A stretch of 64,000 nt of DNA from Anaeromyxobacteraceae bacterium (GCA_047602405.1 JASGHJ010000002.1:2784001-2848000), one strand, 5' to 3'; shown: positions 1 through 13,895, numbered from the stretch's first letter. Program-made: numbers and translations. Notes: a model not told the origin generated them from the sequence alone.

Positions 1-933
1 ACGAACTGCCCGGGCCAGAACGCCATCGCGGTGGCCGAGCTCGCGATCGGGCTCCTCCTCGCGCTCGATCGGCGGATCCCGGACAACGTGGAGCGCCTGC
101 GGGCGGGCAAGTGGGAGAAGAAGCGGTTCAGCGACGCGCAGGGGCTCTTCGGCCGCACGCTCGGCGTGGCGGGCCTCGGCGCCATCGGCAAGGAGACGGT
201 CCGGCGCGCGCAGGCGCTCGGCATGCGGGTCGTGGCCTGGTCGCGGTCGCTCGACGACGAGGGCGCGAAGCGGCTCGGGGTCGAGCGCGCGGCGGACCTC
301 GTCGCGCTGGCGCGCGCCTCCGACTACCTCTCGCTCCACCTGCCGCTCAAGCCGGAGACGCGCGGCGCGGTGAACGCCGCGGTCCTCGGCGCCCTGAAGC
401 CCGGGGCCGGGCTCATCAACACCGCGCGCGCCGAGGTGGTCGACCAGGCCGCGCTGCTCGAGGCCGCGAAGGCGGGCAAGATCCGGGTCGCGACCGACGT
501 GTTCCAGGGCGAGCCGGAGAAGGGCACCGCCGACTTCACGAGCGAGCTCGGGCAGCTGCCCAACGTCTACGGCACCCACCACATCGGCGCGTCCACCGCG
601 CAGGCCCAGGACGCCATCGCCCGCGAGGCGGTGCGCATCGTGGGGGCGTTCGTCCGGACCGGCGAGGTCCCGAACTGCGTCAACGTCGCGAAGAAGACCC
701 CGGCCCGGGCGCGCCTCGTCGTGCGCCACCTCGACAAGGTGGGCGTCCTCGCGAACGTGCTCGGCGTCGTGCGCGAGGCCGGCATCAACGTGGAGGAGGT
801 CCAGAACACGGTGTTCGAGGAGGCGCGCGCCGCCTCGTGCAGCATCGACCTCGCGGTACGGCCTCCCGACGCGCTCCTCGGGAAGATCCGCGGCGCGGAG
901 GAGGTGCTGTTCGTGGACTGTGTGGACCTCTGA
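1..933 (+). CDS. serA: D-3-phosphoglycerate dehydrogenase-like 2-hydroxyacid dehydrogenase with C-terminal ACT domain (5' truncated by window edge)
   Basis: Frame 1 open from base 1 (TNCPGQNAIAVAE); GLGAIG Rossmann motif, INTAR, HIGAST, ACT-like tail HLDKVGVLANV. Confidence 0.8.
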   Translation, partial: TNCPGQNAIAVAELAIGLLLALDRRIPDNVERLRAGKWEKKRFSDAQGLFGRTLGVAGLGAIGKETVRRAQALGMRVVAWSRSLDDEGAKRLGVERAADLVALARASDYLSLHLPLKPETRGAVNAAVLGALKPGAGLINTARAEVVDQAALLEAAKAGKIRVATDVFQGEPEKGTADFTSELGQLPNVYGTHHIGASTAQAQDAIAREAVRIVGAFVRTGEVPNCVNVAKKTPARARLVVRHLDKVGVLANVLGVVREAGINVEEVQNTVFEEARAASCSIDLAVRPPDALLGKIRGAEEVLFVDCVDL

Positions 934-974
934 GGCGGCCGGAGCCCGACGCCGGGCCCCGGCCGCTCCGGAGG

Positions 975-1463
975 CTACAGCCCGGTCTTCGCCACCACCC
1001 GGTCGCGCACCATCGCGCCGACGCCGGTGAGGCCCTCGGTGGGGATCGCGACGACGAGGCACGGGCTCGTCACGACCTGGGCCGTCATCATCCCGTCCTG
1101 CGGGACGGTGAACGCGACCTTGATGCCCGCGGCGCCGTCCTTCACGGGCGCCTTGGCCGAGGCGAGCTCGACCGCGTAGCCGCCGGTCGGCTTCTGGCCG
1201 TCGGTGATGAGGACCACCGCCTCCTTCGCCCAGTCGATCTCGGGCACCTTCGCCGGGGCGACCCCGCCGACCGAGAGGGCCGCGACCAGCGCCGGCTCGT
1301 CCGCGAGCCGCTTCACGACGGGGAAGTCCCCGCCGCCGCCGCACTGGATGCCCGCCCCGACCACCCGGACCGGGATCTCCCGATCGCCCTTGCAGCCGCC
1401 GCCGTCGGCGCCGGCGAGGAGGAGGACCGCGACCACGCCCCCGACCGCGTGCTTCCTGCTCAC
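975..1463 (-). CDS. PrcB C-terminal-domain (protease complex subunit PrcB family) exported protein
   Basis: GTG start overlaps protease stop (GTGA); signal ending GADGGGC; IDWAKEAVV..GQKPTGGY..V and AQVVTSP motifs typical of PrcB_C. Confidence 0.75.
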   Translation of the reverse strand: MSRKHAVGGVVAVLLLAGADGGGCKGDREIPVRVVGAGIQCGGGGDFPVVKRLADEPALVAALSVGGVAPAKVPEIDWAKEAVVLITDGQKPTGGYAVELASAKAPVKDGAAGIKVAFTVPQDGMMTAQVVTSPCLVVAIPTEGLTGVGAMVRDRVVAKTGL

Positions 1464-4432
1464 TTGCCACCTCCGAGCGGGCGGACGGCGAGCGGGCGCT
1501 TCACGCCTCCCGCCGGGAGCGCGGCCACGTCCCCGCCCGCGGAGGCGAGGCCGGTGCCCGGGTCGAAGCCGACCGTGAAGTCGAGGCCGGTCTTGTTGCC
1601 GGTGAAGTCGAGCTGCGTGACCACGCCGAGCGTCGGCCACGCGCCGCAGGCCTCGCCGTCGTCGCAGATGAACCCGTCGTCGTCGGAGTCGGTGCCGGCG
1701 ACGAGGATGTACTTGCCCGCCGGGACGCCGGTGAACTGCCAGGTGTACGTGCCGCCGGAGCCGCGCCCGCCGCCACCCGCGACCGGGTCGGGCTTGTTCG
1801 GGTCGATGACGAGCAGGTAGACGAAGCCGGCGTCCCCGGTGGTGGGGGCCGCGGCGCCGACCCGCATCGTCACCGCGACGGTCACCTTCTTCGCGTCGCT
1901 GGAGGTGAAGGTGATGAGGGCCTTGTAGGCGCCGTCGGCGAGGCCGGTGCGGTTCACCGAGGCCGTGTAGGTGCCGAGCTTCGAGGCGTCGACCGTGGTC
2001 TCCGTCACCGAGAGCCAGGCGGCGTCGTCGGTGACGCCGGTGACCGAGAGCGTGCCCGCGCCGACCTTGGAGGCGGTGAGCGTGAGGTTCACGCCGGCGT
2101 TGCCGAAGTCGGCGACGACCGGGTCCACCTTGAGCGCGGTGGTGACCGCGACGCTGCACTTCGCCTGGGCCTCCTGCACGGCCTTCAGCGCGTTCACGAG
2201 GCCGTAGCCGAACTCGTTCGACTTGCCGGCCTTGCCGCCGACGAGGTCGGTGATCTTGCCGGTCGAGATGAGCGTGTCGAGGTCCGCCGGCGTCAGCGTG
2301 CCGCACACCGACTTCATGAGCGCGACCACGCCCGCCATGTGCGGGGAGGCCATCGAGGTGCCCTGGTAGAACTTCCAGGACGGGGTCACGGCGTCCTGCT
2401 CCATCATGGTGGAGAGCACGCCGTCGGCGTAGCCGTCGCCGTCGAGGTCGACGCCGGTGTTGCCGCCGGGCGCGGCGATGTCGACGGCGTCGTTGAAGTT
2501 CGAGTACGGGGCCCGCTGCTTCTGCGAGTCGACCGCCGCCACGCAGGTCACGCCGTTGTAGGCGCCCGGGTAGCCCTTCACGCTCGTGTTGGCGTTGCCG
2601 GCGGCGGCGATGACGAACACGCCGGCGTCGTGGACCTGCTGGTACACCGCCTCCTCGGTGGCCGAGTAGCAGTTCTGGCAGCCGAGGGAGAGGTTGAGGA
2701 TGTCCGCGTGCTTCGCGGCCGGGGTGACCCCCGAGACCGCGAGGCCCGCCGCCCACCGCACGCCGTCGATGATGTCCGCCGAGGTGCCGCCGCCCTTCCC
2801 GAGCACGCGCACCGGCATGATCTTCAATCCCCAGGCCACGCCGGCGACGCCGCCGTTGTAGCCGCCCTGGGTGTTCGAGTTGTCGTTCGTGGCCGCGCCG
2901 ATGGTGCCCGCCACGTGCGTGCCGTGGAACGAGCTCGGGGTGCCGTTCGCGCCGTCGCCCGGATCGGTCGGATCGGCGTCGCGGCCGCCGCCGTCGCCGG
3001 AGATGGCCGCGGTCGAGATGAAGTCGAAGCCCGCGACGAGCTTCCCGGCCGGGAAGTCCGGGTGGCTCGCGCCCTGGCCGGTGTCCACCACCGCCACGAT
3101 CACGCCGGAGGAGCCGGTCGTGATGTCCCAGGCCTGCGGCAGCTGGATGAGCGGGTAGTGCCACTGGTACGGGTAGAAGGCGTCGTTCGGGACCGCCTGC
3201 GGCTGGAAGACGTAGTTCGGGTCGGCGCTCGCCACGTCGTCGCGGGCCCGCATCGCCGTGATGAGGTTCCAGGTCTCCTGGCGCGCGGTGGCCTCGTCGT
3301 CGAGGACCGCGGAGTCGAGGGAGACCGGCTTCGCGCCGAGCTTCGCGAGCGTGGCGGCGCGCAGCGCCGGGTCGAGCGGGAGGCCGAGGTGCGCGGGGCC
3401 GCTCGTGAGGTCACCGCCGAGCGCGACGAGGCCGAGCTCGCCCGCCTTCGCGGCGAGGTTCTTCGGGCCGCCGGCGGCCGCCCGCGCCGAGACCGCGCCG
3501 TCGCGGAAGCGGACGAGGAGCTCGCCGGGCACGATGGGCGTGCCGAGCCGGACCGCCGAGGCGGTGGCGGCCGTGGTGCCCTGGCCGATGACGAGCGTGT
3601 AGTTGGTGGAGCCGGCGAACGCGATCACCTGGATGCCCACCGTGAGCGGGTTGGCCAGCGAGACCTGCTCCGGCACGCCGACGTCGTTCTCGGAGCAGAG
3701 CTTGTTCGTCGGGTTCGCGAGCTCGAAGACGCACAGGTCGACGTCGGCGCCGGTCGCCTCCGCGGGGACGAGGGTGACGACCTGGCCGGCCGCGAGCTTC
3801 GCGCTGTAGAAGTCGTCCGGGTCGGCCGACACGTGCGCCGTGGCGATCTTCGACGCCCAGCCGCCGACGGTCACCGTCGAGGGCAGGGCCTGGGCGTGCG
3901 CGATGTCGTCGTTGTTGCCGCCGGAGGCCGACGGGGTCGGGTCGGCGGTGTCGGCGTCCACGGCCTGGCCGGTCTGCGCCGACAGCGTGCCGCTCATCGT
4001 GAAGCCGGAGCTCGTGACGGTGGTGAAGCTCCACGAGAACGAGGCCGCGAGCGCGTTCCCGGCCGGGTCCTTCACCCCGGTCGTCACGGTCGCGCTGTAG
4101 ATGGTGCCGGCGGCGAGCGGCGCGGTCGGCGTGAGCTGGGCGACGTCGGCCTCGCACGCCACGGTGGTGGGGATGGTGGTCGTGAGCCCCTGGCGGAGGA
4201 AGAAGGTCGTGGCGGTGATCGTCGCGCAGTCGATGTTCTCGCTGAACTGGACGGCGACGGCGGTCGAGACCGCGACGGCGGTCGCGTCCTGCCCGGGGCC
4301 GACCGCGATGACCGTGGGCGGCGTGGTGTCGTTGCCGCCGCCCCCGCCTCCCCCTCCTCCGTCACCACCTCCGGAGCATGCGGCCAGCAACACGACCAGC
4401 GACGCGGCGAGCGCGGCGGACCTACGGAGCAT
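1460..4432 (-). CDS. S8 (subtilisin-like) serine protease lipoprotein with N-terminal Ig-like (Big_5/SbsA-type) domain
   Basis: Lipobox LAAC; DTTPPTV..FSE..VKDPAGNAL Ig-like domain; triad VVDTG, HGTHVAG, GTSMASP. Confidence 0.92.
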   Translation of the reverse strand: MLRRSAALAASLVVLLAACSGGGDGGGGGGGGGNDTTPPTVIAVGPGQDATAVAVSTAVAVQFSENIDCATITATTFFLRQGLTTTIPTTVACEADVAQLTPTAPLAAGTIYSATVTTGVKDPAGNALAASFSWSFTTVTSSGFTMSGTLSAQTGQAVDADTADPTPSASGGNNDDIAHAQALPSTVTVGGWASKIATAHVSADPDDFYSAKLAAGQVVTLVPAEATGADVDLCVFELANPTNKLCSENDVGVPEQVSLANPLTVGIQVIAFAGSTNYTLVIGQGTTAATASAVRLGTPIVPGELLVRFRDGAVSARAAAGGPKNLAAKAGELGLVALGGDLTSGPAHLGLPLDPALRAATLAKLGAKPVSLDSAVLDDEATARQETWNLITAMRARDDVASADPNYVFQPQAVPNDAFYPYQWHYPLIQLPQAWDITTGSSGVIVAVVDTGQGASHPDFPAGKLVAGFDFISTAAISGDGGGRDADPTDPGDGANGTPSSFHGTHVAGTIGAATNDNSNTQGGYNGGVAGVAWGLKIMPVRVLGKGGGTSADIIDGVRWAAGLAVSGVTPAAKHADILNLSLGCQNCYSATEEAVYQQVHDAGVFVIAAAGNANTSVKGYPGAYNGVTCVAAVDSQKQRAPYSNFNDAVDIAAPGGNTGVDLDGDGYADGVLSTMMEQDAVTPSWKFYQGTSMASPHMAGVVALMKSVCGTLTPADLDTLISTGKITDLVGGKAGKSNEFGYGLVNALKAVQEAQAKCSVAVTTALKVDPVVADFGNAGVNLTLTASKVGAGTLSVTGVTDDAAWLSVTETTVDASKLGTYTASVNRTGLADGAYKALITFTSSDAKKVTVAVTMRVGAAAPTTGDAGFVYLLVIDPNKPDPVAGGGGRGSGGTYTWQFTGVPAGKYILVAGTDSDDDGFICDDGEACGAWPTLGVVTQLDFTGNKTGLDFTVGFDPGTGLASAGGDVAALPAGGVKRPLAVRPLGGGK

Positions 4433-4540
4433 CTTGTGAACCCTCCCAGGGTGGCCGGCAGGGGAACCGGCCGTCTGATTCTCTGGCTCAAAAAGGGCCG
4501 ATTTACAACCACGCGAACGCGAACGGCCCCGCCCGGGGGC

Positions 4541-4590
4541 CCCTCGACTCCGCTGCGGCCCGGGTGGCCGGGCCGCAGCGACGCTCGAGG
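4541..4590 (-). repeat. REP-like hairpin element (family A)
   Basis: Minus strand reads CCTCGAGCGTCG-[13-bp stem]-CGGAGTCGAGGG, matching the other family A copies. Confidence 0.75.
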
Positions 4591-4641
4591 TGATCGCCTG
4601 CGCGGAGGGAGCGCAGCGGCGGGCGAGCGGATGCGTCGGTG

Positions 4642-5826
4642 CTACTTCGCGGCGCGGGCCGCGGCGGGCGCCGCGGCGGGCTTCGCGTGGGCGCGGGACT
4701 CGAGCCAGATGGTCATCGGGGCGGCGATGAACCAGGTCGAGTACGTGCCCGAGATGATGCCGAAGAGCATCGCCATCGAGAAGTCGAAGATGGTGCCGAC
4801 GCCGTAGACGAGGAGACCCACGAGCGAGAGCGCGGTCGCGAAGGACGTGAGGAAGGTGCGGCCGAGGACGTCGTTGATCGAGATGTTGACGATCTCGTAG
4901 AGCGACTTGCCCTTGTACTTGGCCTGGGTCTCGCGGATGCGGTCGTAGACGACGACCGTGTCGTTCACCGAGTAGCCGACCACGGTGAGGATGACGGCGA
5001 TCGAGGTCAGGTTGAACTCGCGCCCGCTGAAGGCGAAGTAGCCGAGCGTGACGACCGCGTCGTGGATGAGGGCGATGATGACGCCCGGCGCGAACTTGAA
5101 GTCGAACCGGAGGCCCACGTACACGACGATGAGGGCCATGGCGTAGATGATCGCCTTGAAGCCCTGGTTGCGGAGCTCGCGGCCGACGGCCGGGCCGACG
5201 TACTCCACCCGGCGGACCTCGGGCTTCGCCTCGCCGAAGCGGGCGCCTAGGTCGCGCTCGATCTGGTCGCGGATGCCCTGGGTGATGACCGCGAAGCTGC
5301 GCGAGCCGGCGGTGATGCCCTGCTCCTCGCGGACCTCGCGGACGCGGACGCCGGCCGACTCGACCACCTGGCGCAGCTGGTCGACCGTGGGCGCCGTCGC
5401 GAACTGGAGGTCGATCTTGTCGCCGAACTCCGCGTTGAAGGACGAGCTCGTGAGCGGGAGCCCGGCCTTCTTCACCGCGTCGACCACGCGCTGGACGTCG
5501 GCGTCGGTCATGAGGGCCACGCGGCCCACGCGGATGAGGTAGGTGTTCTCGGAGGTCGCGCCGTAGGTCTGCACCGAGGCGTCGATGAAGCCCAGCGCCT
5601 CGACGCCCTTGCGGATGTCGCCCGGGTCGACCGACTTCGCGAACTTCACCTCCATCTCGGTGCCGCCGGCGAAGTCGACGCCGAAGTTCAGCCCGTGGAT
5701 GGCGGGGATGGACCAGAGGATCACGGCCAGGTTGACGACGAGGGACAGCACCACCGCGATGTGGCGCTTCCCGACGAAGTCGAACTTCGTGCCGTGGGGG
5801 ACGATGTCGAAGGTCTTGAATTCCAT
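4642..5826 (-). CDS. secF: Protein translocase subunit SecF
   Basis: MEFKTFDIV start overlapping secD stop; GVDFAGG, VGPAVG, GYSVNDTVVVYDRIRE. Confidence 0.96.
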   Translation of the reverse strand: MEFKTFDIVPHGTKFDFVGKRHIAVVLSLVVNLAVILWSIPAIHGLNFGVDFAGGTEMEVKFAKSVDPGDIRKGVEALGFIDASVQTYGATSENTYLIRVGRVALMTDADVQRVVDAVKKAGLPLTSSSFNAEFGDKIDLQFATAPTVDQLRQVVESAGVRVREVREEQGITAGSRSFAVITQGIRDQIERDLGARFGEAKPEVRRVEYVGPAVGRELRNQGFKAIIYAMALIVVYVGLRFDFKFAPGVIIALIHDAVVTLGYFAFSGREFNLTSIAVILTVVGYSVNDTVVVYDRIRETQAKYKGKSLYEIVNISINDVLGRTFLTSFATALSLVGLLVYGVGTIFDFSMAMLFGIISGTYSTWFIAAPMTIWLESRAHAKPAAAPAAARAAK

Positions 5827-7691
5827 CAGACGCTCAGCCGCGCCGTCTCGTGGCGCGTGAAGTATTCCATGATGACGCGGGTCACCACGATGGACGTGAA
5901 CATCGAGGCGACGAGGCCGATGGCGAGGGTCACGGCGAAGCCGCGGACCGGACCGGAGCCGAAGTTCATCAGCACGACCGCCGCGACGAGCGTCGTCACG
6001 TGCGAGTCGAAGATGGTCCAGAACACGCGGTCGTAGCCGAGCTGCACCGCCTGCTTCACCGTCTTGCCGCCCCGCATCTCCTCGCGGATGCGCTCGTTGA
6101 TGAGCACGTTCGCGTCGACCGCCATGCCGAGCGTGAGGACGAAGCCGGCGATGCCGGGCAGCGTGAGCGTCGAGCCGATCATCGCCATGATGGCGAGGAC
6201 GAGCAGGCCGTTCAGCACGAGGGCGACGTCGGCGACGAGGCCGGAGCCGCGGTAGTAGAGGACCATGAAGATCAGCACCGCGATGAGCCCGACCAGGGCC
6301 GCGACGGTGCCCTTCCTCACGAGCTCGGGCCCGAGGGTCGCGCCGACGGTGCGCTCCTCGGAGATGGTCACCGGGGCGGGCAGGGCGCCGGAGCTGAGCA
6401 CCCGCGCGATGTCGGTGGCCTCCTCGAACTGCTTCTGCGGGTTCCGGCCGGACCCGAGGGTGATCTGGCCGTTCGTCGAGATCTTGCCCTGGATGTACGG
6501 GGCGCTCTCGACCTTCTCCTCGAGCACGATGGCCATGCGCCGGCCGAGGTTGTCGGTCGTGAGCTTCTCCATGAGCCGCCCGCCCTCGGGCGACATCTGG
6601 AAGGTCACGAGCGGCCGGCCCGACTGGCCGAACTGCTGCGACTGGTCGATGACCGCGCGCGCGTCGGCGATGTAGTCGCCGGTGAGCTCGGTCTTCGCCC
6701 GGAGCAGGTAGGTCCGGTAGACGCTGAAGCGGACCGGCGGGCGCTCGATGATCTCCTCGCCGATGCCGACGAGGCTCCTCTGCGGGTCGACGAGCGGCTT
6801 GACCCGCTCGTTGATCAGCTTCTCGAGCTCGGTGCGGGTGTTCGCGTAGAGCACGGTCACCGAGCGGGAGTTGCCGCCCGGCAGCTCCACCGTCTCGGCA
6901 CCCCAGCAGCCGCCCTGCGGCAGCGGGAGGTCGAGCTGGCGGCCGCCCGGGCAGGTCGCGAGGCCCGCGCCGCCGCCCTCGACGCCCGCGCCGCGGAGCG
7001 CGTCGAGCGCCGCGTTCTCGTCGTCGGCGATCTTGAACTCGAGCTGGGCGGTGCGGCCGAGCAGCTCCTTCGCCTTCCCCGGATCCTTGAAGCCCGGGAG
7101 CTGGATTTGGATCTGGTTGTTGGCCTTGCGCTTGATGTCGGGCTCGGTGACGCCCCACTTGTCGACGCGGTTGCGGATGACCTTCTCCGCCTGGTCGACC
7201 GACTTCTTCTTGAAGTCGGTGAGGACCGCGTCGCGGAACGCGAAGCGCACGGTGCCCGGCTCCGCGCCGGCCGGCGTGAACATCTCGTCGCCGTAGCCGG
7301 TGGAGTCGAGGACGGTCTTCTCGACGAGGCCCGGGTCGGCCGCCTTCACCGCGAGGGCGAAGCCGTCGCCGACCGGCTGGCAGGACTCGAACGCGACGTT
7401 CTTGCCCTTGAGGAACTCGGCGAGCTCGTCGGCGCGGCGGGCGACCTTCGCCTTCACCGCGCGGTCGACGTCGACGCCGAGCGCGAGGTGGATGCCGCCC
7501 TGCAGGTCGAGGCCGAGGTTCAGGTGCTTCTTCGCCTTCGGCGCCCAGCCCGGGACCGTCTGGTCGTAGGCGTCGCCGTTCCGCACGTCGGGCGGGAGCT
7601 TGAAGTAGAACCAGCTCGGGACGAGCTGCCAGAGCGAGAAGAGCGCGACCGCGACGACCAGTCCGACGCGCCAGTACCAGGAGCGTTCCAT
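5826..7691 (-). CDS. secD: Protein translocase subunit SecD
   Basis: LGLDLQGG, GVTEP, TVGATLG, GMAVDANVLINERIREE. Confidence 0.97.
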   Translation of the reverse strand: MERSWYWRVGLVVAVALFSLWQLVPSWFYFKLPPDVRNGDAYDQTVPGWAPKAKKHLNLGLDLQGGIHLALGVDVDRAVKAKVARRADELAEFLKGKNVAFESCQPVGDGFALAVKAADPGLVEKTVLDSTGYGDEMFTPAGAEPGTVRFAFRDAVLTDFKKKSVDQAEKVIRNRVDKWGVTEPDIKRKANNQIQIQLPGFKDPGKAKELLGRTAQLEFKIADDENAALDALRGAGVEGGGAGLATCPGGRQLDLPLPQGGCWGAETVELPGGNSRSVTVLYANTRTELEKLINERVKPLVDPQRSLVGIGEEIIERPPVRFSVYRTYLLRAKTELTGDYIADARAVIDQSQQFGQSGRPLVTFQMSPEGGRLMEKLTTDNLGRRMAIVLEEKVESAPYIQGKISTNGQITLGSGRNPQKQFEEATDIARVLSSGALPAPVTISEERTVGATLGPELVRKGTVAALVGLIAVLIFMVLYYRGSGLVADVALVLNGLLVLAIMAMIGSTLTLPGIAGFVLTLGMAVDANVLINERIREEMRGGKTVKQAVQLGYDRVFWTIFDSHVTTLVAAVVLMNFGSGPVRGFAVTLAIGLVASMFTSIVVTRVIMEYFTRHETARLSV

Positions 7692-7693
7692 CC

Positions 7694-8044
7694 TTACTTC
7701 CTCGCCTCGGTCTTGGCCGGCTGCGCCTCGACCTGCTTCCAGGGTCCCGTGATCTGCTGCTTCACGATGCGTACCTTCGTGCCCGCCCCCACGTCGACCG
7801 TCACGGTGCGGTCCTCGACCGCGTACACGACGCCGACGAGCCCGCCCTGCGTGACCACCTCGTCACCCTTCTTGAGCTGCGCGAGGAAGTTCGCGTGCTC
7901 CTTCGCCTGCCTGGCCTGGGGCCGGAAGAAGACGAAGTAGAAGACGACGGCGATGAGGATGAACGGCAGGAACTGGAACAGCGGGTTCGGCGCCGGGGTT
8001 CCGTCGGCCGTCTGGGACACGAACGCGTGGAGGAGCGGAGACAT
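7694..8044 (-). CDS. yajC: Preprotein translocase subunit YajC
   Basis: FYFVFFRPQ..LKKGDEVVTQGGLVG; directly upstream of secD. Confidence 0.95.
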   Translation of the reverse strand: MSPLLHAFVSQTADGTPAPNPLFQFLPFILIAVVFYFVFFRPQARQAKEHANFLAQLKKGDEVVTQGGLVGVVYAVEDRTVTVDVGAGTKVRIVKQQITGPWKQVEAQPAKTEARK

Positions 8045-8138
8045 TCGGGTGTTGCTCCGGTGGGGTGTGCTGGGCTGAAAAGCGCCGTGTTCTAGCGTGA
8101 TTTCACCCGCGAGGGCAAGGGGAACGGTGCCTCACCCC

Positions 8139-11190
<3,052 letters not shown>

Positions 11191-11204
11191 GCTAAAAGGG
11201 CGAC

Positions 11205-11843
11205 GTGGCCATCCTCGACTGGATCATCGGCGTCATCCGCGACCCCGGCGAGCTCATCCGCTGGGGAGGGTACCCGGGGCTGACGCTCGTCGTCTTCGCC
11301 GAGACCGGCGCGCTCGTCTTCTTCCTCCCCGGCGACTCCCTGCTGGTGATGGCCGGAGTGTACGCGGCGAAGGGCGACCTCTCCATGTGGACGCTCAACG
11401 CCCTCATCATCCCGGCCGCGGCCCTGGGCGGCATCTCGAGCTACTGGATGGCCTCCCGCATCGGGCCGCGCCTGTTCACGAGCGAGTCCCGGCTGCTCAA
11501 GCCCGAGCACCTCCTCGCCGCGCGGGCGTTCTACGAGAAGCACGGCGGAAAGGCCATCGTGCTCGCGCGCTTCCTGCCGATCGTCCGGACCTTCGTGCCG
11601 GTCGTCGCCGGCGCCGCGCAGATGGACTACAAGCGCTACACGTTCTTCAACGTGCTCGGCGCCGCGCTCTGGGTCCTGTCGATGACGCTCATCGGCTACG
11701 CGCTCGGCACGAGCGTCCCGAACCTCGAGAAGCACATCGAGAAGGTCGCGATCATCGTCATCGCGATCTCGCTCCTGCCCGGCTTCATCGGCTGGATGCG
11801 CCACCGCCGGGCGAAGGCCGCCGCCACCCCTCCTGGGGCGTAG
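11205..11843 (+). CDS. dedA: DedA/VTT family membrane protein
   Basis: FAETG..FFLPGDSLL, FYEKHGGK, ARFLPIVRTF. Confidence 0.9.
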   Translation: MAILDWIIGVIRDPGELIRWGGYPGLTLVVFAETGALVFFLPGDSLLVMAGVYAAKGDLSMWTLNALIIPAAALGGISSYWMASRIGPRLFTSESRLLKPEHLLAARAFYEKHGGKAIVLARFLPIVRTFVPVVAGAAQMDYKRYTFFNVLGAALWVLSMTLIGYALGTSVPNLEKHIEKVAIIVIAISLLPGFIGWMRHRRAKAAATPPGA

Positions 11844-11892
11844 GTTCCCGCCGGCGGGCGGCCGGGCGGTCTCCTCCTGAAAAGGAGCCGCC

Positions 11893-12579
11893 ATGTCCCG
11901 CCTCGCCCTCGCCGCCCTCGTCCTCGCCACGTCCTCCGCAGGCTGCGCCGCGGCCCGGGTGCGCCCGGAGCCTTCCCTGTCGTCGGTGCCGGCGCTCGCC
12001 GTCTCCGGCGCGAACCCGCGCCGCTGGGGCGCGCCGCTCGGCTTCGGACGGTACGCGACCGGGCCGGTCTCGGGCGACACGACGCTCGGCTGGTCGCTCG
12101 GGGTGCTCGCCCCGGGAGCGGGCGTGGCCGGGTCGACCCGCCCGTACGCCTGGACCTCGACCGGCCCGGCGGGCGCGCTCGCGGCCGAGTGCCACGAGCG
12201 CACGCTCGAGGTGTTCGCGGGCTCGCTCGCGCTCGACGTGAAGGGCGCCTCGGGACAGCCGCGCCTCGCGTGCGCCTTCCGCGGCGTCGACGGCGCCGCC
12301 TGGACCCTCGCCGTGCGCGCGACCGGGCGGCCGGTGCCGGCCTACCTCGGCGAGCTCCGGGGCCCGGGCGGCGCGTCCTACACCCTGCGCTCGGTGCACG
12401 CGCTCGAGGGCACGCGCATCCCGCTCGGCACGCCCGCCGGCTGGGTGCTCGAGCGCGGGGGCGCGCCCGTCGCGATGGTCGAGACCGTGAACGCGGGCCG
12501 GGTCTGGCTGCCGGGCGGCGCCGACGAGGCGCCGGTCGCGGCGGCGGCGACGGCGCTCCTGCTCTTCAGCCCCGAGTAG
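11893..12579 (+). CDS. Hypothetical lipoprotein
   Basis: AAGGAG RBS; signal peptide ending SAGC; high-GC3 codon pattern. Confidence 0.65.
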   Translation: MSRLALAALVLATSSAGCAAARVRPEPSLSSVPALAVSGANPRRWGAPLGFGRYATGPVSGDTTLGWSLGVLAPGAGVAGSTRPYAWTSTGPAGALAAECHERTLEVFAGSLALDVKGASGQPRLACAFRGVDGAAWTLAVRATGRPVPAYLGELRGPGGASYTLRSVHALEGTRIPLGTPAGWVLERGGAPVAMVETVNAGRVWLPGGADEAPVAAAATALLLFSPE

Positions 12580-12614
12580 CGACCCCGCGCTCCTCCGGCG
12601 CCCGCGCCCGGGGC

Positions 12615-13772
12615 TCAGCCCCGGGGCGCCCCGTACCAGATCTCCTCGTACGGGCAGCTCACGTCGGTCCCCGGGGGATCCGGGTAGAGGTACCGCTCGC
12701 CGCGGTAGTTCCGGAAGGCCGTGTTCGTGCCCTCGCGGCCGAGCATCCACTGCGGCTGGAGCGTCACCTTGCCGCCGCCGCCGGGGAGGTCCACGGCGAG
12801 GTGCGGGATTGCGAGGCCGCTCGTGCGGCCGCGCATCTCGGCCAGGATGGCGATCCCGGCCTCGAGCGGCGTGCGCAGGTGGGCGGTGCCCTCGGCGACA
12901 TCGCCCTGGTGCAGGTAGTAGGGCCGCACGCGCGCCGTGAGCAGGCGCTCGTTGAGGTCGGTGAGGATCCGGGCGGACGAGTTCAGGCGCCGGAGCAGCA
13001 CCGACTGGTTCTCGACCGGCACGCCGTGGTCGACGAGGAGCTCGCAGGCGGCGCGGGCGTCGGGCGTGAGCTCCTTCGGGTGGTTGAAGTGCGTCACCAC
13101 GAAGAGCGGCGCGTGCCGGCGCAGCATCGCGGCGAGCGCCGGCGTCACGCGCATCGGGCAGGTGACCGGCGCGCGGGTCGCGAGCCGGAGCAGCTGCACG
13201 TGCGGGATGGCGCGCAGCGGGGCGAGCACCGCCTCGAGCCGCTCGTCGGAGAGCACCAGGGGATCGCCGCCGGAGACGATGACGTCGCGGACCTCGGGGT
13301 GGGCGCGCACGTACGCGACGCCCTCCTCCACGGCCGCCCTCTCGAAGCCCTCGCCGTCCTCGAAGGTGATCCGCCGGCGGGTGCAGTGGCGGCAGTAGAC
13401 CGAGCAGCGGTCGACGGCGAGGAAGAGCACCCGGTCGCCGTACTTGTGCACGATGGCGCGGGCGGGGCGGTGCGGCTCCTCGCCGAGCGGATCGCGGAGG
13501 TCGCCGGGCGCGTGCTCGCCCTCGGCCGCCGTGGGGATCGCCTGCATCCGCACCGGGCAGGCCGGGTGGCGGCGGTCGACGAGGGACGCGTAGTACGGCG
13601 TCACCGCGACGCGGAAGCGGCCCTCGGCGAGGGCGAGCCCCCGGCGCTCCGCCTCGGTGAGGTCGGCGATCCGCACGAGGTCGGCGGCGGTGCGCAGGGC
13701 GTTGCGGTGCTGCCAGCGCCAGTCGCGCCAGTCGGCCTCGGAGACGCCAGGGAAGAGGTCCTGCCACGGCAT
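12615..13772 (-). CDS. kamA: KamA-family radical SAM lysine 2,3-aminomutase-like protein (paralogue 1)
   Basis: [47 protein letters not shown] (PLP lysine). Confidence 0.88.
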   Translation of the reverse strand: MPWQDLFPGVSEADWRDWRWQHRNALRTAADLVRIADLTEAERRGLALAEGRFRVAVTPYYASLVDRRHPACPVRMQAIPTAAEGEHAPGDLRDPLGEEPHRPARAIVHKYGDRVLFLAVDRCSVYCRHCTRRRITFEDGEGFERAAVEEGVAYVRAHPEVRDVIVSGGDPLVLSDERLEAVLAPLRAIPHVQLLRLATRAPVTCPMRVTPALAAMLRRHAPLFVVTHFNHPKELTPDARAACELLVDHGVPVENQSVLLRRLNSSARILTDLNERLLTARVRPYYLHQGDVAEGTAHLRTPLEAGIAILAEMRGRTSGLAIPHLAVDLPGGGGKVTLQPQWMLGREGTNTAFRNYRGERYLYPDPPGTDVSCPYEEIWYGAPRG

Positions 13773-13781
13773 GGGGCGCGG

Positions 13782-13810
13782 AAGTTAGCCGCCCCCAATC
13801 GGCGGGTCAA
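13782..13810 (-). promoter_or_regulatory. Sigma70-type promoter of kamA paralogue 1
   Basis: TTGACC (13805-13810) - 17 nt - TAACTT (13782-13787), 9 nt before ATG. Confidence 0.65.
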
Positions 13811-13895
13811 ACGGGGGTGTAACGCGCCGGGATTTGTATTAGAAAGGCGCGCGCCGGGACCGCCCCTCTCACGTCCCGCGCGGGGAGCCCAACGC

